Positions 61,515 through 64,000 of a stretch of 64,000 nucleotides of DNA are shown one piece after another. The stretch's first letter is position 1. Each line of letters begins with the position of its first letter. Position numbers and translations under genes: made by a program. Under the pieces are notes generated by a model, which searched no databases, was not told the DNA's origin, and saw only the letters and a program-made list of their open reading frames with translations. The stretch covers positions 124,001 to 188,000 of IMG/VR virus record IMGVR_UViG_3300043464_002284, one strand, 5' to 3'.

Positions 61515-61589
61515 GGGAGCGTAGTCCAATTGGCAGCAGACAAAGGACTTAAAATCCTTCCAGTGTGGGTTCGAGTCCCACCGCTCCTA
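61515..61589 (+). tRNA. tRNA-Leu(TAA) with short variable loop
   Basis: GGGAGCG/CGCTCCT; AAGGA-CTTAAAA-TCCTT; variable loop CCAGT. Confidence 0.85.
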
Positions 61590-62878
61590 CTTAATCCTTT
61601 TTAAAATGAGTTTACTCTTATGACTTTTGACCACTGGATAAACGAAATCGAAGGATATAGCGTCAGACACGAAAGAGCTATAAGCGACATAAGAAACTGT
61701 GTTGCAAAAGGAAAAACCGACGATATAATCAAATGGTTGATGGCAGCTTATGCTATGGGCCATGAACAAGGTTATGATGTTGGATATTATGACGCTAATG
61801 AAGAATGTCAAGAAAAGTTTGATGAATATCGAATGGGAGATGACTTTTAATTATGCCATACAATCTATATAGCCTAACTACTGAAGAAATTAAAACAGCA
61901 ATCATTCAATATATTGTTGAGAACAAAAAGATTTCTACTACTTCAGAACTTTACATAATGGAAAATAAGTATGACATTAGATTCATTCTTGAAGATACTT
62001 ATCAGAAGGACAGTTTGACAGGATATTATAAGCCTGAATTGAAGGGCGTAGAAATTTCTATCTTAGAATGATCGAAGAATATGAAAACTGGGAAGATGGT
62101 ATAAGAAGAACCTTTATAGAACTAGCTAATTATATGGAAAAACACGCTAACCCTCTTGAATCTATTATTGATTTTGCTTGGGCTTCTGGAGCTGATCTTT
62201 TCTTTGTGCAAAATGCCAAAGATGAACTAAAGAAACTAAAAGACAAGAATAAAGAGTGGGCTGAAGAAGTCTATAGGGCTAATGAGTTCGCCACTGAACA
62301 GATGAATCTATATCTGGAGAAAGTAGAAGAGCTAGAAAAATTTAAAAAACAAAGGATGGAAACATGACAGAATATGAGAGACAATTAATAAAAAATCAAA
62401 TAGTGGTTTTAGAAAAGAAGATTAAGCTTTTAGAAGAATCTTTTGACAAGCCTGTTGCTTGGGCTAGGATTAATGGTCGTGGTGATTTGTTTGATCTGAG
62501 AACTCAAAATAATCCGTATATTGATCAAAATACTGTAGTTCCTCTTTATAGGAAAAATCATGAGTAATAGTTTGTGTAATGGGAGGGTTAAGAACAATAA
62601 TCCAAAATCTCCAATAGAATATTTCTTGTTGGTTACTGTAAGAGAGTTCAGCGACTATGAGGGTGGGTCTTATATAGACGAAATTAAGAGTGCTGAACAT
62701 TTTCTAGATTCAGGAGAAGAAGCTCTTGATGATCCTTATTACCAAATCTATGGAGAAAGATACTCTCACGATACCGAATACAAATCTATTTTTCTTGGGG
62801 AATTTTATACCTTAGATAAGGCAAAAGAGTTTTTGTATAATTTAACTGGCGAAGTTCCAGACATTATCTCTTATTGAT

Positions 62879-63403
62879 ATGGTTAATACTAAACATAAGA
62901 TTGATTTGTCTAACTACTATAGTGACAATGGTGGTTACTGCACTCTGTTTAAAATATCTAATCAGCCATTTTTAGGCTTTAAAGAATTTATTTCCAAGTC
63001 TAGGGCAGAATATGCTAGAAAAATTCAGATCAAATTAAGTAAGTACGATCTCTCTCCCAAGGTATGTTCTGAATTATGTAAGATGGAGTATGAGCCATTC
63101 TTTCCTAATCAAATAAGTGGATGGGGATATATTACAGAATTAGCCAAGCCTACTAATACAAATATACAATCATGGAAAATACAAAGACTAGTCGATACTA
63201 TTTACGATACAACAAAGTTAAAATTTTGGGACTGTCATTCGGCTAATCTTGGATATATCATAAGAGAAGGAAAGAAAAAGTTGGTTTGTATTGATACTGG
63301 TAAAGAAACTTGGGATGGATATGCTAATTATTTTGGAAATTCTGATCCTGGCCCAAAGTGTTCGTATTGTTTAAGATATCAATGTAAGTGTGAAGGAATT
63401 TAA
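62879..63403 (+). CDS. Protein-kinase-like protein (paralog of 22530-23096)
   Basis: LSPKV, GWGYITELAKP, DCHSANLG, CIDTG, C-terminal CxxC..CxC. Confidence 0.6.
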   Translation: MVNTKHKIDLSNYYSDNGGYCTLFKISNQPFLGFKEFISKSRAEYARKIQIKLSKYDLSPKVCSELCKMEYEPFFPNQISGWGYITELAKPTNTNIQSWKIQRLVDTIYDTTKLKFWDCHSANLGYIIREGKKKLVCIDTGKETWDGYANYFGNSDPGPKCSYCLRYQCKCEGI

Positions 63404-63404
63404 A

Positions 63405-63755
63405 ATGCCATATATAAAAGAAGAAAATAGATTATCTTTAGATGAATGTATAGACCATATGGTAATTTGTCTAAAAAACAGCGCTTTTAGATCATCATTT
63501 GATCCAAATAAAAATAATTATCTGAATGAAGAACTGTGTAATGAAGATGTTCTAGCTATTCTTGGTGATATTAATTATGCTTTTAGTCGTATTTTAGGGG
63601 GTGTTATGGGAGATGTTTCATACTCTAAGATTGCTATGATTACTGGTGTATTAGAGAATATTAAGCAAGAACATTATCGTCGCGTGGCAGCACCATACGA
63701 AGATAAGAAAATCATTGAAAATGGTGATATTAAAGAGTATAAACGCCTAAAATAA
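63405..63755 (+). CDS. Phage hypothetical protein
   Basis: MPYIKEENR...GDINY...EHYRRVAAPYEDKKI.ENGD motif. Confidence 0.65.
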   Translation: MPYIKEENRLSLDECIDHMVICLKNSAFRSSFDPNKNNYLNEELCNEDVLAILGDINYAFSRILGGVMGDVSYSKIAMITGVLENIKQEHYRRVAAPYEDKKIIENGDIKEYKRLK

Positions 63756-63765
63756 AGAGGCCAAA

Positions 63766-64000
63766 ATGTCTAAAAATATTGATGATGTAATTAAAGAAGT
63801 AATGAAAAGCAATAAAGAAATCCACAATATGGATAATCATTTAACTAAAGATATTACTGAGGTTAAGAAAAGCATCAAAAATATTGAGAATAAGATCAAG
63901 ACCTTAGAAAACAAGATTGATCAAGCAATAGATATTTTAAATACATTCACCATTCTAATTTCTGACATGGACGATATGAATGATTCCGATATAGATGATG
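63766..64000 (+). CDS. Coiled-coil hypothetical protein, truncated by window edge
   Basis: GAGG RBS; open frame to the end of the window. Confidence 0.6.
   Translation, partial: MSKNIDDVIKEVMKSNKEIHNMDNHLTKDITEVKKSIKNIENKIKTLENKIDQAIDILNTFTILISDMDDMNDSDIDD

Noticed and set aside
1-64000. Stop-codon reassignment as seen in some large phages
   Set aside because: Long conserved genes (glmS, ligase, uvsE, thyX, DUF1501) are intact in the standard code, and no clear suppressor tRNA was found.

Overview
A 64-kb segment of a large, AT-rich, probably lytic dsDNA phage, most likely infecting Planctomycetota (host inferred from DUF1501 and small Tyr/Cys-rich secreted proteins). (1) 1-4.4 kb, mostly minus strand: a sigma-70-region-2-like phage sigma factor and putative virion proteins. 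(2) 4.5-8.4 kb: host-like genes glmS and a subtilase. (3) 8.5-28 kb: an early-type region of about 19 modules of roughly 1 kb. Each module is sigma70-type promoter(s) plus small ORFs or RNAs, bounded by a 78-bp element made of two 25-bp palindromes (TAAGTCCTT-N7-AAGGACTTA) set 53 bp apart (five helical turns) around a GC-rich core that occurs in either orientation. This array is the strongest candidate for an undescribed system. (4) 28-64 kb: dense small ORFs plus thyX, UvsE, ATP-dependent DNA ligase, an HhH glycosylase-like gene, three metallophosphoesterases, a kinase-like gene (paralog at 22.5 kb), HNH/EndoVII nucleases, DUF1501 and PspC. RNA genes: 12 tRNAs (including unusual Ser-ACT and a TAT-anticodon tRNA), two tRNA-like elements, a tmRNA and several ORF-free structured segments. 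Also found: a second ungapped 50-bp repeat (7 copies), a CCTTAC-N6-GTAAGG palindrome upstream of promoters, a CGATA motif in about 30 promoters, and a candidate phage-sigma promoter GGTGTATA. All calls come from manual reading of the sequence; no database searches were run.
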